Positions 15,551 to 30,024 of a stretch of 64,000 nt of DNA are shown piece by piece. The position numbers and the translations under genes were made by a program. The notes under the pieces are model-generated. The model was given only the letters and a program-made list of their open reading frames with translations. It made no database searches and was not told the DNA's origin. Numbering within the stretch: the stretch's first letter is position 1; each line of letters begins with the position of its first letter. Source of the DNA: the human T2T-CHM13v2.0 reference genome, Homo sapiens; the NCBI RefSeq assembly GCF_009914755.1, contig NC_060935.1; one strand, given 5' to 3'.

Positions 15551-16511
15551 TTGTATTTTTCAAAGAAGTAATTCCAAGTGCATTAAAGGCAGCTTTAAAG
15601 AACTGTTTAATATAAAAAAAAAAAGGGTACACTAGGAAACACACACACAGTATGTATGATTTGGAAGGATACTACGAGTTATGCTTTGGAAGGAAATAAG
15701 AAAGCAGTTGAGAAATAGGAAGTCTATTTCAGATAAGGGGAGCTAACATGAGAAACTTTTATGCCAGGATTACAGTCTTTTGTGTATATGTGCTCTAACC
15801 TGGGAAAATAGATGTTCAGGTTTATTCTTCTTCACTAGCATATACACCTCAAACTGTTTTTCTAGTATTGTATTTATTTGCCTTGTGCCGTTCACATTTT
15901 TCATGCCCAATTCCATTTTGATCATGAATATATAAAATGTTAAGCTGAAAAAGGAAGAAATGTAGAGCCGTGAAAATGAGTATCAGTGGTGCATGTACTT
16001 ACTGAACTCATAAGCACTGCTTCTTTAGCATCGTGGGTGAGGCAACCCTAGGAAAGATTAAAAGCATGCCAAGAGGAGCAACTATTCATATTCGTTACGG
16101 TCTCAAAGTAGATCTCACAGAACACTGAGCTATGTTTGTCATTATGTCATTATCCCACTCTAACATATTCCACAAATAAAACACAAGGGAAAGGCTGAGA
16201 CCTGAAAGAATTTTTTTAATGGTCATCTTTTAAAATTGAGTGAGGAGGGGAAAATATATACATGAATTCTTTCATTATTTTAGAGGAAACTATCATCTGT
16301 TTGGTTTCATTGTTTATTTGGTGAAAGGATTATGCTCTCATGGATTCTCTTTTCTTTTGTAACAGAGCCATATTCATTTTTTCAGTGTCCCCTCCAGTTT
16401 TTGTGCATACTCACACATATTTTATGTACTCGGATTCATAATGTTCATGATATGCCCAAACACTTTATGTATAAAGTTTTCTTTTTTGTATAATCTGTCA
16501 TCTCTAACAGA

Positions 16512-17012
16512 TACTGGGAGTGTTTGTAGCTGTCAGCTCTCAACTGAGTCTGACTCTAGGCATTGCCTTCAGCTGAAGAGAGCTGCCGGCTCAAGATCCA
16601 CCTGCCTCCGCAAGGGAAGCTGCTTTCAAAGATAGTTCATTTGGAAAGTGGGGAGTCATAACAAAAAGATACCTCCTTCTTGCCCCAGTCAGGGGCAATT
16701 CTGAAGAGATCAGCTGAGACCTCTGTTGTGATGGCTTCTGCAAGAGCAATTCAATTTTTCCCTCTGCCCCATCTACTTTCTTTACATTCTCACAGGGAAA
16801 CAGTCTGGTAAAACTCCTCAGCTGCAAACATGTACTTACTACCTTTCATGAGAATGACCCAAAAGGCAGAGCTGAGAACCACAAAGGATCATTCTCAGGC
16901 CTTGAAACCTAATGAAGTTTGCCTGGTGGGATCACTGATCCTGAGCACACTGCCCAGGAGCCTGTCTGAGTGCAAATCTCCATGTTGGAGTCTGTTTCCT
17001 GGGGAACTAGAG
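16512..17012 (+). mobile_element. LTR33-like ERVL solo LTR, interrupted at about 16795-16930 by a MaLR-internal-like fragment
   Basis: ggcattgccttcagctgaagagagctgcc...ggcaattctgaag...tccctctgcccc...tgcaaatctccatgttggagtctgtttcctggggaac. Confidence 0.65.
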
Positions 17013-17039
17013 CTACAGCAACATCGCAAACATTTTCCC

Positions 17040-17290
17040 ATGCTGTAGCATAATCTTTCCACATAGTTCTCATTTAAGTGGCTGCTTAAAATTCTTCTAA
17101 GCAGAGCTATCATATTTTAACTGACTCTTTCCTTATAGTTGGACTGTTGGTTGTTGCCAATATTTTGTCTTTTTATAGGAGCATTCAATAAACAGCACTA
17201 AGCTGTTATTTCATGTTTTTTCTTGTTTTGAATTATTTTTTTTAAATCTCAGGTATGGGCAATTACTAAGATAAAGATATGAAGGATTTC
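17040..17290 (-). mobile_element. Old L1M 3' region remnant
   Basis: attttaactgactctttccttatagttggactgttggttgttgccaatattttg. Confidence 0.5.
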
Positions 17291-19271
17291 AGTCTATTGT
17301 TCTTAAGAATTTATATAGTACTATAAGCCATAAGTCCAAGTGTAAGATATATTACCAGGAACACTAAGGAATTAGAACAGATTATTTTCTGTATTGTTGT
17401 GTTTTTGATCCAAGACTCAGCACAGGATGCCTGAGAAGCCCAAAATAAAAGGAGAACAGAGTAGTCTGCTATTAATTTGTGCAGCACTCTACTGTACTTG
17501 GCTGAGTAAATCAGTACCTACACAATGCCAGCATCTAGAGAGCAATAAATATTTGTTGAATAGATATTTGAATGAATAAATGCATATTCAGGTTCCTTTA
17601 CATTTTAATTTAAATTCAAGAGGGCTCATTAATGGGGAAATGTAGATAATGTAGAAAATGCGGACTGGATACTGGTAAGCCTTTGGTTTTAAGTTCTTAA
17701 ATCATCACCATTCCAAAGCAAAAATGATGGTGGTAACAGCGGTAGTGCACGTGAGTATGTTAAATCCTCTTTTCTACAGAAGCTAGCACAGAAGGGACTA
17801 AAAAGAAGAGTTAAGGAAGAACAAAGTAACAGCCAACACAAGCACCAAGTCAACTAGATAACAACAGACCAATTTTCTAATTATCTCACCAGGACACATA
17901 CCACAATTTCATGGAAAGGAGTGCCAGAGATTAGACGATATTAGTGAAAATCCAAACCTTTAAATTTGGGGAACAGTGAGGAAGGAAGGATGCTAAGTGG
18001 AACAAAATTTATCTAGTGAGATGCACTGGCATATCCTGCAGACACAGCATAAGAACCATTCCCTGTGCTCATTTTTTATAATGCACCAACAAGAATCACA
18101 TCTCAGATTAGACTAGTCTCTTCAATGCATTGTGAGCACACCTTGCTCATTCCAACTTGTGTCCTGCCACTCACCCTCCTGAAATGCCCAAAGGAGAGCA
18201 GCCCCCACTGCAGAGTCATAAACAAACAAAGGCACTCCACTTCTTAGAGAACGAAGGCAAGAAAAATATGTGACATAGGAATGTTAAAAACACAAGCAGA
18301 AGCAGGAAGAAAACAGCACCAGAGACTTAGTTTATTCTTATAAATAGCTTAATAGGTAGACTTAGGGCTGTCTGAGCTAAAAGAGATATAAAACAAAGAT
18401 GTCTGAATGTGGATCTTTTATTTTTTCCCATAAACTTTTAAGATTCCCTCAACACTATTTAATTCCTAAGGAAAACAGAAGGTTATATGAAAGATCTTTC
18501 TCAATATTTGAAAGCAAACAAAAATGCATTATCCAAAAGGTCAACCGAATCTAGTACTTGGCAGGAAAAAGATATTACAAAGCTATAAGATCTTGAATTC
18601 ACACATGATGAAAGATGCCACATTCCTTTCAAAATGCTTCTTAAGTGTGCTTCAAAAAAGAGTCACAATTAAAGAAGCAAGCTGACTTTTCTCTTCTCAG
18701 CGCATTCCTAGCCTTGCCAGTATATTATTGCTATTTCCTTTCTAGCTTGCAGAAGAATGTCAAAGGTCTACATAGTTTGTTTTTTTTCTATCCCACTAAC
18801 AGTGAATCAGTTGGCTTGGTGCCCTAGAAGTCAAATAGATATTTGAGAAATTTTTCAGCCTTGTGACTATGGTAACCTTGTTCTAAGTAGAAATCTCCCA
18901 ATGTAGGCAATCTTCATTTTAAACAACTGGACTATAGACTTCAATTCTGCTGTCTGTAGAGCTGACTACTAACATCCCTGTTTCACTACTCAGAACTATC
19001 CAAACAAAGACTTAGACAAATAAGAATAAAGTTAAGTCCAATAAAGTTCCTATGTGGAGATACCAAGATTTACTCCATCCCACAAATCCCTCCTATTTTC
19101 CCAACATTTATACTAAGGTGAGAGCAGGAACAATGGTCAGTGAATACCACTGTTACTTGAATTTTTGCCTCCTATTAACAGGACTAGATTCATTCTATTA
19201 TTTAGTTGAAAATTTTGTTCCCAAAGGATCAGGACTATGAGGTCCATGACAGCATGAAAATGTGTATATGG

Positions 19272-19629
<358 letters not shown>

Positions 19630-20884
19630 TTAAATCACATAGACAGAATACCTGATTATGTCCTGCATATGTTTGCTTAAAATTTTTAATTTCAAATAAA
19701 TTTGAAATGTGAGAATAATTTACATAAGCCTCAGTATTTTTATGCAACAATTAAAGTTTTAAGGAATTATATATATTTATATATATATATAAAATATATG
19801 TACACATATATGTATAATCTGAAATGAACACCATTTTTGAAACTGATCTTTTGTCTATTCCAACAAAAAGGGAAATGAATATCCATCATGTGCTTATGCT
19901 CTGACCTGTTATTAATTTAAAAATATAGGCAGTGGTAATAATTTTGACCATGTACAGCTATATTATCTTCTAAACAGTTGACTTTACACGCCTATTAGTT
20001 CAGTAAACACTAAACACCAACTTAGTGTGATGTCCTGCTTTAAGTGAAGATCCTGTGTAACTAATTCTACACAATGCTATATGGAGATACAGAATGTACT
20101 GCTACTAAATATAGAAATACTTTGATAGCACATTGCAATATTATCTAATGACTGATGACAGGCCATGAAAAATGATGCATACTGGCTATTTAAAATGTCA
20201 GGGAAGCAATAAAAAAATCAGAGTCTACAGAGGAGAATATGTCAATGATTGATGAGGCTTCTGAATTCAAGGAAAGTATTTGGGAAGTCCAAAATTATCA
20301 TAATAGTAAAGGGATGACAAGAAGAAAGCTACATGTCCGTGTATAGATGTCACTCAATATAGTACCATGAAAATCGGTACCTTAAGCAATAGAAGTAGTC
20401 AGCAGTTTTATTTTTACTTTTATTCTTTGAAAATGTGATTTTATTCTTGAGCAATATTTTTCTGTGTAGAAGAAAGAAATGAAATGTTCTGGAACATACA
20501 GGAACCAATCACCTATTCTGGTATCAATTGCCCTGCAATAGGAGATAAACAGAGTGGGACTACGTTCAGACACTATTCCAATTTCATCCTTAATCTCCAT
20601 ATCACCAAATCACGTTATAAGGGAGACAGAAAACAAAACTTAAGGAAAATAAACTCCACAGATAGACTCCAATCTGGACACTAATTATATAGAATTTGAT
20701 GCATTCATAGGTGATACTAGGAATTTATAGCAGCATAAAAATACGCTGCAAACTCTTAAACTCACTTATGTTTGTTATTTTAGTTAGTTTTGTGGTGATG
20801 TCCGTTTGTTTTTAATTGGGGATACAACCCAATAAAAACAAAGTTCCTTTGGACTTATAATATATTTTAACTTTATTCAATCAT

Positions 20885-21330
20885 TTTTGGAAATGTTTAT
20901 TTTGATATAAGTTTAAACTTAGAGAAAAGTTGCAAGAATAGTATAAAAATTCTCATATTCATCTCGTTTCACCATTTGTGAACAATTTGTGCCATTTACT
21001 TTCTTATTCTCTCTCATTCCCCCTTCTCTTTTGCTACACACACACATACACACGTACACACACACACACACCCACACACCATTTGAGAGTAGGTAGCAGA
21101 CATTATGCCCCTTCATCCCTAATACTTCCTTGTATAAAAATGTACACTTTGACACAATACTATCTTCTAACCCACAATCTATATTCAAATTTTGCTCATT
21201 GTCCCAATGATATACCTTATAGTTGTATTATTTCCTAGTCCGAGATCCAGTACAGGATCATGCTTTGCATTTGTTTTTCTTGTGTCTTTAGTTTCCTTTC
21301 TTCAAGAATACTCCTCAGTCTTTATTTGTC
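20885..21330 (-). mobile_element. L1MC-type 3' end with internal (CA)n
   Basis: aaacttagagaaaagttgcaagaatagta...ccatttgagagtaggtagcagacattatgcccc...attgtcccaatgat. Confidence 0.75.
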
Positions 21331-21698
21331 TTTCAAACAATAATCCTTGGATAGCTACCCCTCCAGGGCCTCTGGCCTTCCTGCTGTGGTTACAAAGAGT
21401 TAAATAGGCCCCAAAGAGTTAAATGTAGGTACCTGACCACTAGGTACCTACATTCAAGTCAAAGAGAAAGACATGTAAACAATTAGGAAGCACATCATGA
21501 AGTGTGCATTAATAGAAGTATAAGCTGGGTTCCTCCTATTTTTATCAGCTCAAAACCCTTGCTCTCTAGATCTGTTTTTCTATCTCTCATTTGGAGTCAG
21601 AAAAATACTTTCATACCCAGAATAAATATTGTCAGTGCTCACTCTGGCAGCACAGACACAGAATAATCATTGGCAAAAGGTATTTATAAAATATTTTT

Positions 21699-22003
<305 letters not shown>

Positions 22004-22239
22004 TTAATTCAGGGAGTTGGCCAAAATAACATACAGTACCATGTAGCAGTATATACTAATACATAAACACAGGGTGTTGTTTTTTTTTTAGGAAACAGAG
22101 GTGGTTCTTTTAATGGAAGATGTGTCACAATTACCACTTATTTTTGGAAACAGAGAAAAATGCAACATGGTAAAAAGAGCGGTACTCCTTTCCTGTAGTT
22201 TAAAAAACTATATTCAAATATAGCTGCAAGCATTTGTTG

Positions 22240-22380
22240 GCTAAGCGATTTGGAGTAAAGTACTTACACTCTGGGTCTAATTCCTTCATCTGTAAAATGG
22301 AAATAATAATACCTAATTATAGACTTTAGCAAGGTACAAAATAGTATACATGAAAAATCCTTACAAATAGTAAAGCATAT
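22240..22380 (+). mobile_element. MIR fragment followed by (TA/TG)-rich low complexity
   Basis: ttccttcatctgtaaaatggaaataataatacct MIR core. Confidence 0.7.
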
Positions 22381-23064
22381 ATAATTTATACATGTGTATA
22401 CATACATATGTATACATGTATGTGTATGTATGTACTTATGTATATAGGCATATATGTGTATGTGTGTGTATATGGAGAAAAAGAAAACAACAGCAAGAGA
22501 AAGCTTAAGTATGCATTTGATTTGTGGATTTTACTTCCACTTCTCTTGGGATGGCTCTCTTCTAGTGGTCACACTCAAGCAGCTTTGCATTCTGTCCACT
22601 GAGTAGAAAAGTTTTATACCTCCTGCCATGTGGCCTTCCCATTAGCTTCTATGCTGACAGAGCCAGGACAGCAGAGACGACATCAGCCTTACTCACTCTC
22701 AAATCTTCATGGCCAGCACAGGCCTGGCACATGGAGGTATTCAAAACACACTGGTGGGATGATGAACACCACTCAGGACTTTGTCTAGCCCAAAATACAA
22801 TGCTACAGCCTCACTGTCTCCTTTCATTCATCTTAAATAAATCCAGAGTAGCAAATGCTACTCAGACATCAGTGGAGAAACCAGAACTTTCATTAACCTC
22901 AACCTCCTCCATATTAAAGTGAAGGTTAAAAAAAAAAAAAAAGTTCATTTCTGGAGCTCTAAATCCAGAAATATCAGTGAAACAGCACAAATACTACAGT
23001 CATATAGAAATCCTATGAGTTGCTTAAATGGATTTAAGAATATTATCGTTAACATATTATTTAA

Positions 23065-23473
<409 letters not shown>

Positions 23474-24685
23474 TAGTTTTTTACTGCCTGGCTGCCCACT
23501 TGCTGTTTTCTCCCTGATGATCACCAGTACCTAGAACAGTACCCAAAAATACAAAATATTCAATAAATATTTGTATTGATGGAACAAAGTACTTAAAAAC
23601 TATTCCTTTAATAGGGCAAATATTTCCTCCACAATATTATATACAGACGTCTGTGGATTAATCAATCTTTTCCTGCAGTTAATATAACAATATACTAGTC
23701 CAGCTGAAACCCTAGTGATCATTTAGAGCTCTGAATTAAAGAAATTGTATAAATTTGCAGTAAGTTAGAGTTGCTTGACTACTAAATTTGGCAACTGGAA
23801 TATTAAGCTTAAAAATAGCACTAAAGCAAAAATGTACTGACAAATTAAGAGAAGTAAACACGTTTGGCAGATTTGAATTGTTGCTTTTTATTAAAATGTA
23901 AGATTGAGAATAAGAATAATGAAAATAGAAAGGTTATAGAAACAAACCAAAAAAAAGAGGTTAATGAAAAACAGTCTGAGGTACTAGAAGTGAATGAAGA
24001 GGTGAATGAAGTCTCATAAAATGGTGTGGGGAAGTACACAGAACCAGAAGACAGAGAATGAAAAGTAGAAAAATTATGGCAATTGGGTATTTTCAGTCAA
24101 CGTTTTCCTGGGCACTAATCGCTCAGTGGAGTAACTCACAAGAGTCAGGATCATTTGTCACTGTTCTGCTTGTTCTCTGGCTGAAATCCCTTGATATCTT
24201 CTTCGCAAAGATCCTAAAATGACTCTGCTTTATGAAAGCTCACAGACAAGTATAAACTTCCCTTTCCTATTGCAGCAACAAATTCTATTGCCCACTTTAT
24301 TTTCTCCCTAGGGTAACACTGTCCTCTCGGAATTAATAGGATTTCTGATCCTAACAATAGTAATAGTGGACAGGAAAGTGTTATCTAAAGCTCTCAAGTA
24401 AAAAAATCTAGCAGTAACCAGGCATTTTATGAAAACAATGCATGACCCACTATTTCTGACATTAGTTTGAACAAAACCCTATTGCATGTCATTGTGGAAT
24501 TAATGACATGGGATGAATAAAGGGAGGGATTTATCTAGAACTAGGTATGCCCACTTATACATAAACAGGAGAAAATCAGAAAAAAATATGATATTCTAAT
24601 TGGGTGATGCAAATGATGGCAGTCTAAGCCAGTAATCTAAGCCAGCAGTTATCAGCATGAAGGAGATTTGGCAAAGAGATACAGA

Positions 24686-24798
24686 AAAGGCAAAAGGGAG
24701 GCAGGAAGGAAGGAAGGAATGAAGGGAGGAAAGGAGGGAGGGAGGGAGGGAGGGAAGGAAGCAAGGAGGGAGGGAAGCAGGAAGGGAGGGAGGGAGGG
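24686..24798 (+). repeat. Polypurine (GGAA/GGGA)n tract
   Basis: Seen directly; includes (GGGA)5. Confidence 0.9.
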
Positions 24799-25134
24799 AT
24801 AAATACAGAACATCTAGCAAAAGATAAATACAGAGCATCTAGCAAGAGACATTAAGCATGTATCTGGAAGACAAAAAGCAATGAATGAAAGCAGAGCACC
24901 AGTTCCTGTGTGGGATTCAGAAATAGAACTAAAGTCCTGAAGAGAAGTAGGAATAAGTCAAAAGAATTGAGTGGAGTACAAGGCAACAACCCACTTTCAG
25001 AAATAAGACAGAAAGAAACACAGGATTTTAAAGTACCAACTAACAGTAGAGGTGACTTGGTATCAAATATCCTAAGAATTGACTACAGTTTCTTAAGCAT
25101 CCTTGCCCAAGAGCAGGATTAGCCTTGGAGTTAA

Positions 25135-25325
25135 ATTGTTAAAAGTCATGGGTGCATACTAAAATTATCTAGAGAATGTATTTTTAAAATACAAAGTTCT
25201 GGTCTCTGCCCTAGATATGATTAATCAAAATATCTGGGTATCATGTCTATAGGCCTCTTTTATTTCTTAATGTCTCTCGATGATCCTACTGTACAATCAC
25301 TTGTGGAATGTAAGGTCCACTGATC
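25135..25325. mobile_element. MER5-type hAT-Charlie remnant
   Basis: tgcatactaaaattatctagagaatgtatttttaaaatacaaagttctggtctctgccctagatatgattaatcaaaatatctggg. Confidence 0.6.
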
Positions 25326-26869
25326 TAGAGTCTAGCATAGACATAAGCATTTTTGGGATTAGGATTCAAATCAATAATGCAATCATATTTCCCTAGGAAG
25401 AATAAAAGCATAAATGTATAAATATCAAAATTAAAATTGATATTTTCAGAGTTGGTTTTTCCTCTTTTACTTATCTGGCTCTGGACAATGTTCAATCCTG
25501 ACCATTATGTAGGAGTCAGGAATTACTTCAGTATCCTTGCTTATGAAAATCACATGCGTTTCTTGTTTAGTTGACTTCTATATATGCTCTACCAGTTTAT
25601 TTTCATGCCTGTTACCAACACTGGAGGTTCTCCCTCCATTCCATCAATGAGTCATGTCTTCTGTGGGGACCTACACTGGTTCTTCTAACTGCCCTTTTCT
25701 ACCTGGGAAATGAAGCCTAGTCCTCACATCCCATACCATTCCCTACCACCCAACAATCTCTCTACCCAACCTGATCCTAGACCATAACATTGGTGCATAA
25801 CAGTGTCTAAGCTGCCCACAAAGGCTAAAATAAAATTCATTTATAACACAGTGGAAAATTCTGAAAAGTACTTCCAAAATCTACAACTTCTTTCTTCATA
25901 CTAGAAAACTTACCATTTCTCAAGGTTAAGATCAGACTTTGTGGAAATATAGGAAAAAACCACAACAGACCAGGAATTGGAAGTTTGGTCTCAAACTTAT
26001 TAGATTTGAAAAGATGTCACTTTAGGTACTACTATGAGTAACAGAAATGGGAAAAGAGCACTCCAAAACACCTATAAAAATCACCCATGATACATAAGAG
26101 TCCATAGCTACCCTGATGGAAAATTTAACATATGGAAATCTTTAACTGAGCAGACTCAAAGAAAATAAGAGATTAATATTTTTGCTTTTGAAAAATGGGA
26201 CTAACAGTGGGATCATAAGGGGAATTTACCATATATAAAATGTCTTAATTTAAGTAACATCTTTATTGTGACACATAAAACTCTACTCATCAGATTAATT
26301 TAAATAAATTACAATAGAAATGCTGTCAAAAGTACTTAAAATTGACTGAAGAACCGAACTCAAGACTAGTAAGAACAACAACTCATCTAGCATAGAACCC
26401 AGGATGTTTGAATTTAACTCTAATCTTACTTAAATTTTCACTAACTGTCAGAAGAATTAAACAGAATGCTATTAAAATTTGTAGTTGAGTCAGAGTTATG
26501 CATCAAAGAACAATGAAAGCAGAGAGATAACACAATGGACAAAAACATCAGCCTCATGAATGGGAAATAATTCATTTACTTAACAAAAGTCTTCTAACAC
26601 AAAAGAAAAGGGTTGGGGGAGAAAGGAAGGTGGTATGCTCACTTGAGCTAAAAGATTCAAAGAAATAAAGACAAAAAAAAACAGTATTTCAAAAAGCAAA
26701 TGTGACAAGTCACTATAAATCTGCTCCATGAGATGGCAACAAAATAAGCTATGAGTTTGACATATGAAGTGATTACAGGCCCACAATCATGTTTCTCACA
26801 TAGTAAGGGAAGAATAATCTTCCTTCTAACTCAGAGAAAAAGCAATAATAACAATTACTGTTTGGTAAC

Positions 26870-27020
26870 AGAAGCAGTTGAGGGGTCAATAAGTAATGTA
26901 GCAGGCTCTACCATCACAGCCTCATAGTTCAAACACTGCCCTCCCCAGAGGCTAATGGTGTGACCCCATGCAAGCAGCCTGACCTAGCTGTGCTTCCATT
27001 TCTTCTGCTCCAAGTCAGAG
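26870..27020 (+). mobile_element. MIR fragment
   Basis: ggtgtgaccccatgcaagcagcctgacctagctgtgcttccatttctt. Confidence 0.55.
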
Positions 27021-27643
27021 CTAAGTGTTTTTGTTTTGTTCTGTTTTGTTTTATCCAACTAAGGAGTTTTGCAGATTTTAAATGGCAGTAATACTATCTT
27101 TGAGAAAACAAAAATAGAAGAGTTTCTAAGAAATTTGAGAATTTTGTTATGAGAATGTATTGAGTAAAGGAGCTTTAGTTAAGTGAGTTTGACTCACTGG
27201 CTGTTGATAGTGTTGAAAGGAATCTTAACTCAGGCAAGCTGGGGGTTAGGAGAGCATAACGATATTAACAAAGACCATTTGTGGACATCTTATATTTCAA
27301 CACCTTCAACAAATGGGACCCTGTTGGTTATATCACCTCAAAGTTACACTGAAATTCCTAAAATATTTCATTTCCCAGTGAATAAATGCTGAATAACTTC
27401 ATTCCAGGAACTTATTGTTACTAAGCAAAAGAGAAAGAGTCTACCTATTACAGTAGTATCATGGGCAATCATTGCTATCACTAATAAATTTTTAAGCAGT
27501 TTCTAAATTCAGTCATAATATCAGGAAAAGTATTTAGAATGACAAAACCAGAAAACAAAATTCTTAATTATAATTGGTATATGCAGAAATTATAAAGAGA
27601 TAACAGGTGCTGCTTTTGTTTATTAAAACTTCAAGGAGGAAGG

Positions 27644-28321
27644 CACATGTATTAGAATGGCTAAAATCTAAAAAATGGAAAATACCAATTTCTGGAAAGG
27701 ATGAAGAGCAATAGGAAGTCTCATTCATTGCTTTTGGAAAGGCAAATGGCTCAGCCACTTTGTAAGACACTTTGACAGTTTCTTACAAGGTTAAACATAG
27801 TCCAACAATTGCACTCCTAAGTATTTACCTAACTGATTTGAAAATGTAGTCTACATAAAAACTTGCAAGTGAATGTTTTATAGCAGTTAATTCATAATAA
27901 CCAAACATGTAAGGAACCAAGGTATCCTTCAATTAATGAATGGATAAGCAAACTGTGGTACATGTTAAATGGAATATTTTTCAGGGGGGTGGGGGGAAAG
28001 GAATGAGCTCTCTGCCAAAGACATGGATTAATCTTAAATTCACATTTCTAAACAAAAGGAGCCAGTGAAAAGGCTATATACTATATGATTACATTTATAT
28101 GACACTCTGGTGAAGGCAAAACTATAGCATGGCAAACAGATCGGTACTTGCCAGGGATTTGGAGGTGACATGCGGTTGAACAAGTGAAACACGGGATTTT
28201 TTTTAGAAGAGTGCAAGTATTTGGTATGATGTTATAATGGCAGATATATGACATTATGCATTTTTCAATACCCATAGAACTTTACAGCAGAAGAGCTAAA
28301 CTTACTGTATACAAATTTAAA

Positions 28322-28352
<31 letters not shown>

Positions 28353-29481
28353 AGGAGGTCAAAGTATCACAGGATGGAAGACTATAATAAAAGAATCTAG
28401 CTGTATTACAAATATATGAAAAAAATCTTACTGGAAGTGGTGGGGTAGAAAGGTGCTTACCTAAGTAACCCTGGATATGAGTGGACACTATAAAGCTTTA
28501 TACATAACTACATACTCCCAAACTGCCCATAGGCACTGTATTTTAGTTGATAAAATTGTTTCCCCTGGGAGTTTCTGTTAACAATTCTGAAACAACTATA
28601 AACGTACACTGGAATTGAAGAATTCAGTAAATGGATGGCTAAAGGGAGTCAGGTTTCTCCTTGTTAGAAAGAAGGATATAGACAAGCAAGAGGGAAAGGT
28701 TAGAATGATCCATATGGTAATGGAGTAAAGTTGGAGACATCAGTATTAACTCATATTTAGCATATGATGAATACATATAAAAATGTTTATAGATGGGCAT
28801 ATATATATGAGTTAGTCTACACACATATATTCTCTTGCTCTGTCAGCTGAGAGGGCGTAGAAGCAAAACACCCCAATAGCAATGAGTACAACCAATGCCC
28901 AGGTCATGGTTTCCAATACCATTCTCCAATAAAAGGTATCAGGGCTCCTGAGAGAAATGGCTCATTCTAGACAACTGGGGCAGAAAGTATGAAAGATGAG
29001 TCTGGAACATCTTATAGTGCTGGGAAGTAAGGAAGTGCTCAAAACACACTATGAACACACAGACACACACAATATGGGCATATGTCAGGCCAATGATGGG
29101 CATATTGCCACATACCAAAGCAAACAGGAAACAAACAAAAGATCTGACCAGTACACTTGAAAACTGTCAAGGTCATCAAAAACAACATAAGTCTGAGAAA
29201 TTGTCATAGATAAGAGAAGCTATGGAGATAAGTCAACTAAATGTAATGTGAAATGAAATCCTGGAACAGGAAAAGGTTAAAAACTAAGGATATTGAAATA
29301 AAGCATGGAATTTTGTTAATAATAACCTATCAATATTGTTTTATAAATTGGGACCAAAGTACCATATTAATGTATGATGTCAAATGGGGAAAATGGGTGT
29401 GGGATATATCATAACTTTCTGTGCTATCTTCACAGCTTTTTTATAAACCTAAAACTACATTAAAACTTCATTTAAAAAAAA
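27644..29481 (+). mobile_element. L1MD/L1MC-type 3' portion (ORF2 end and long 3'UTR)
   Basis: attagaatggctaaaat...ctcattcattgct...tggataagcaaactgtggtacat...ttagaatgatccatatggtaatgg...aaactgtcaaggtcatcaaaaacaa. Confidence 0.82.
28322..28350 (+). repeat. (TG)14 microsatellite
   Basis: Seen directly. Confidence 0.95.
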
Positions 29482-29837
29482 CTTAAAGGGAAACGAAAAA
29501 TAAACACCAACCTACTGAAGAGTTCAGAAAAGAGAACAAAAGACAACCTGAAGAATTTAGGAATCTGAAGGGTTGTTCTCCCTTCACACAAAGAAGAGGT
29601 GCTAGACAGAAAGCTGCTAGTGATAGCGAAACAATGCTTTAGAGACACAGAAACACAAATTTAAAATTAAGAAAAAGGACTGCCATGTTCTTCCAGCAAA
29701 AAAGAAAAGCTATGTCTGGAGAAATTTAGCAGGACAAATGGGAAATAGTCTGTCACAAGATTCAGAAGAAGATGTTCCTAAAAGAGAAAAAATATCTAGG
29801 AGAAGAGGGAAACTATGCCACATTCCACTCAATATCC

Positions 29838-30024
29838 AATAACCAAAAATGGAAAGAATCAAGGTATCCTTCAATCAATGAATGGATAAGCAAACTGTGG
29901 TACATGTTAAATGGAATATTTTTCAGGGCAGTTGTGGGAAAGGAATGAGCTCTCTGTGAAAGACATGGATTAGTCTTAAATTCACACTTCTAAACAAAAG
30001 AAGCCAGCGAAAAGGCTACATACT
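29838..30024 (+). repeat. 187-bp dispersed direct duplicate of 27896-28082, flanked by an 11-bp TSD
   Basis: Manual ungapped alignment gives 171/187 identities; actcaatatcc at 29827-29837 and 30022-30032. Confidence 0.92.
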
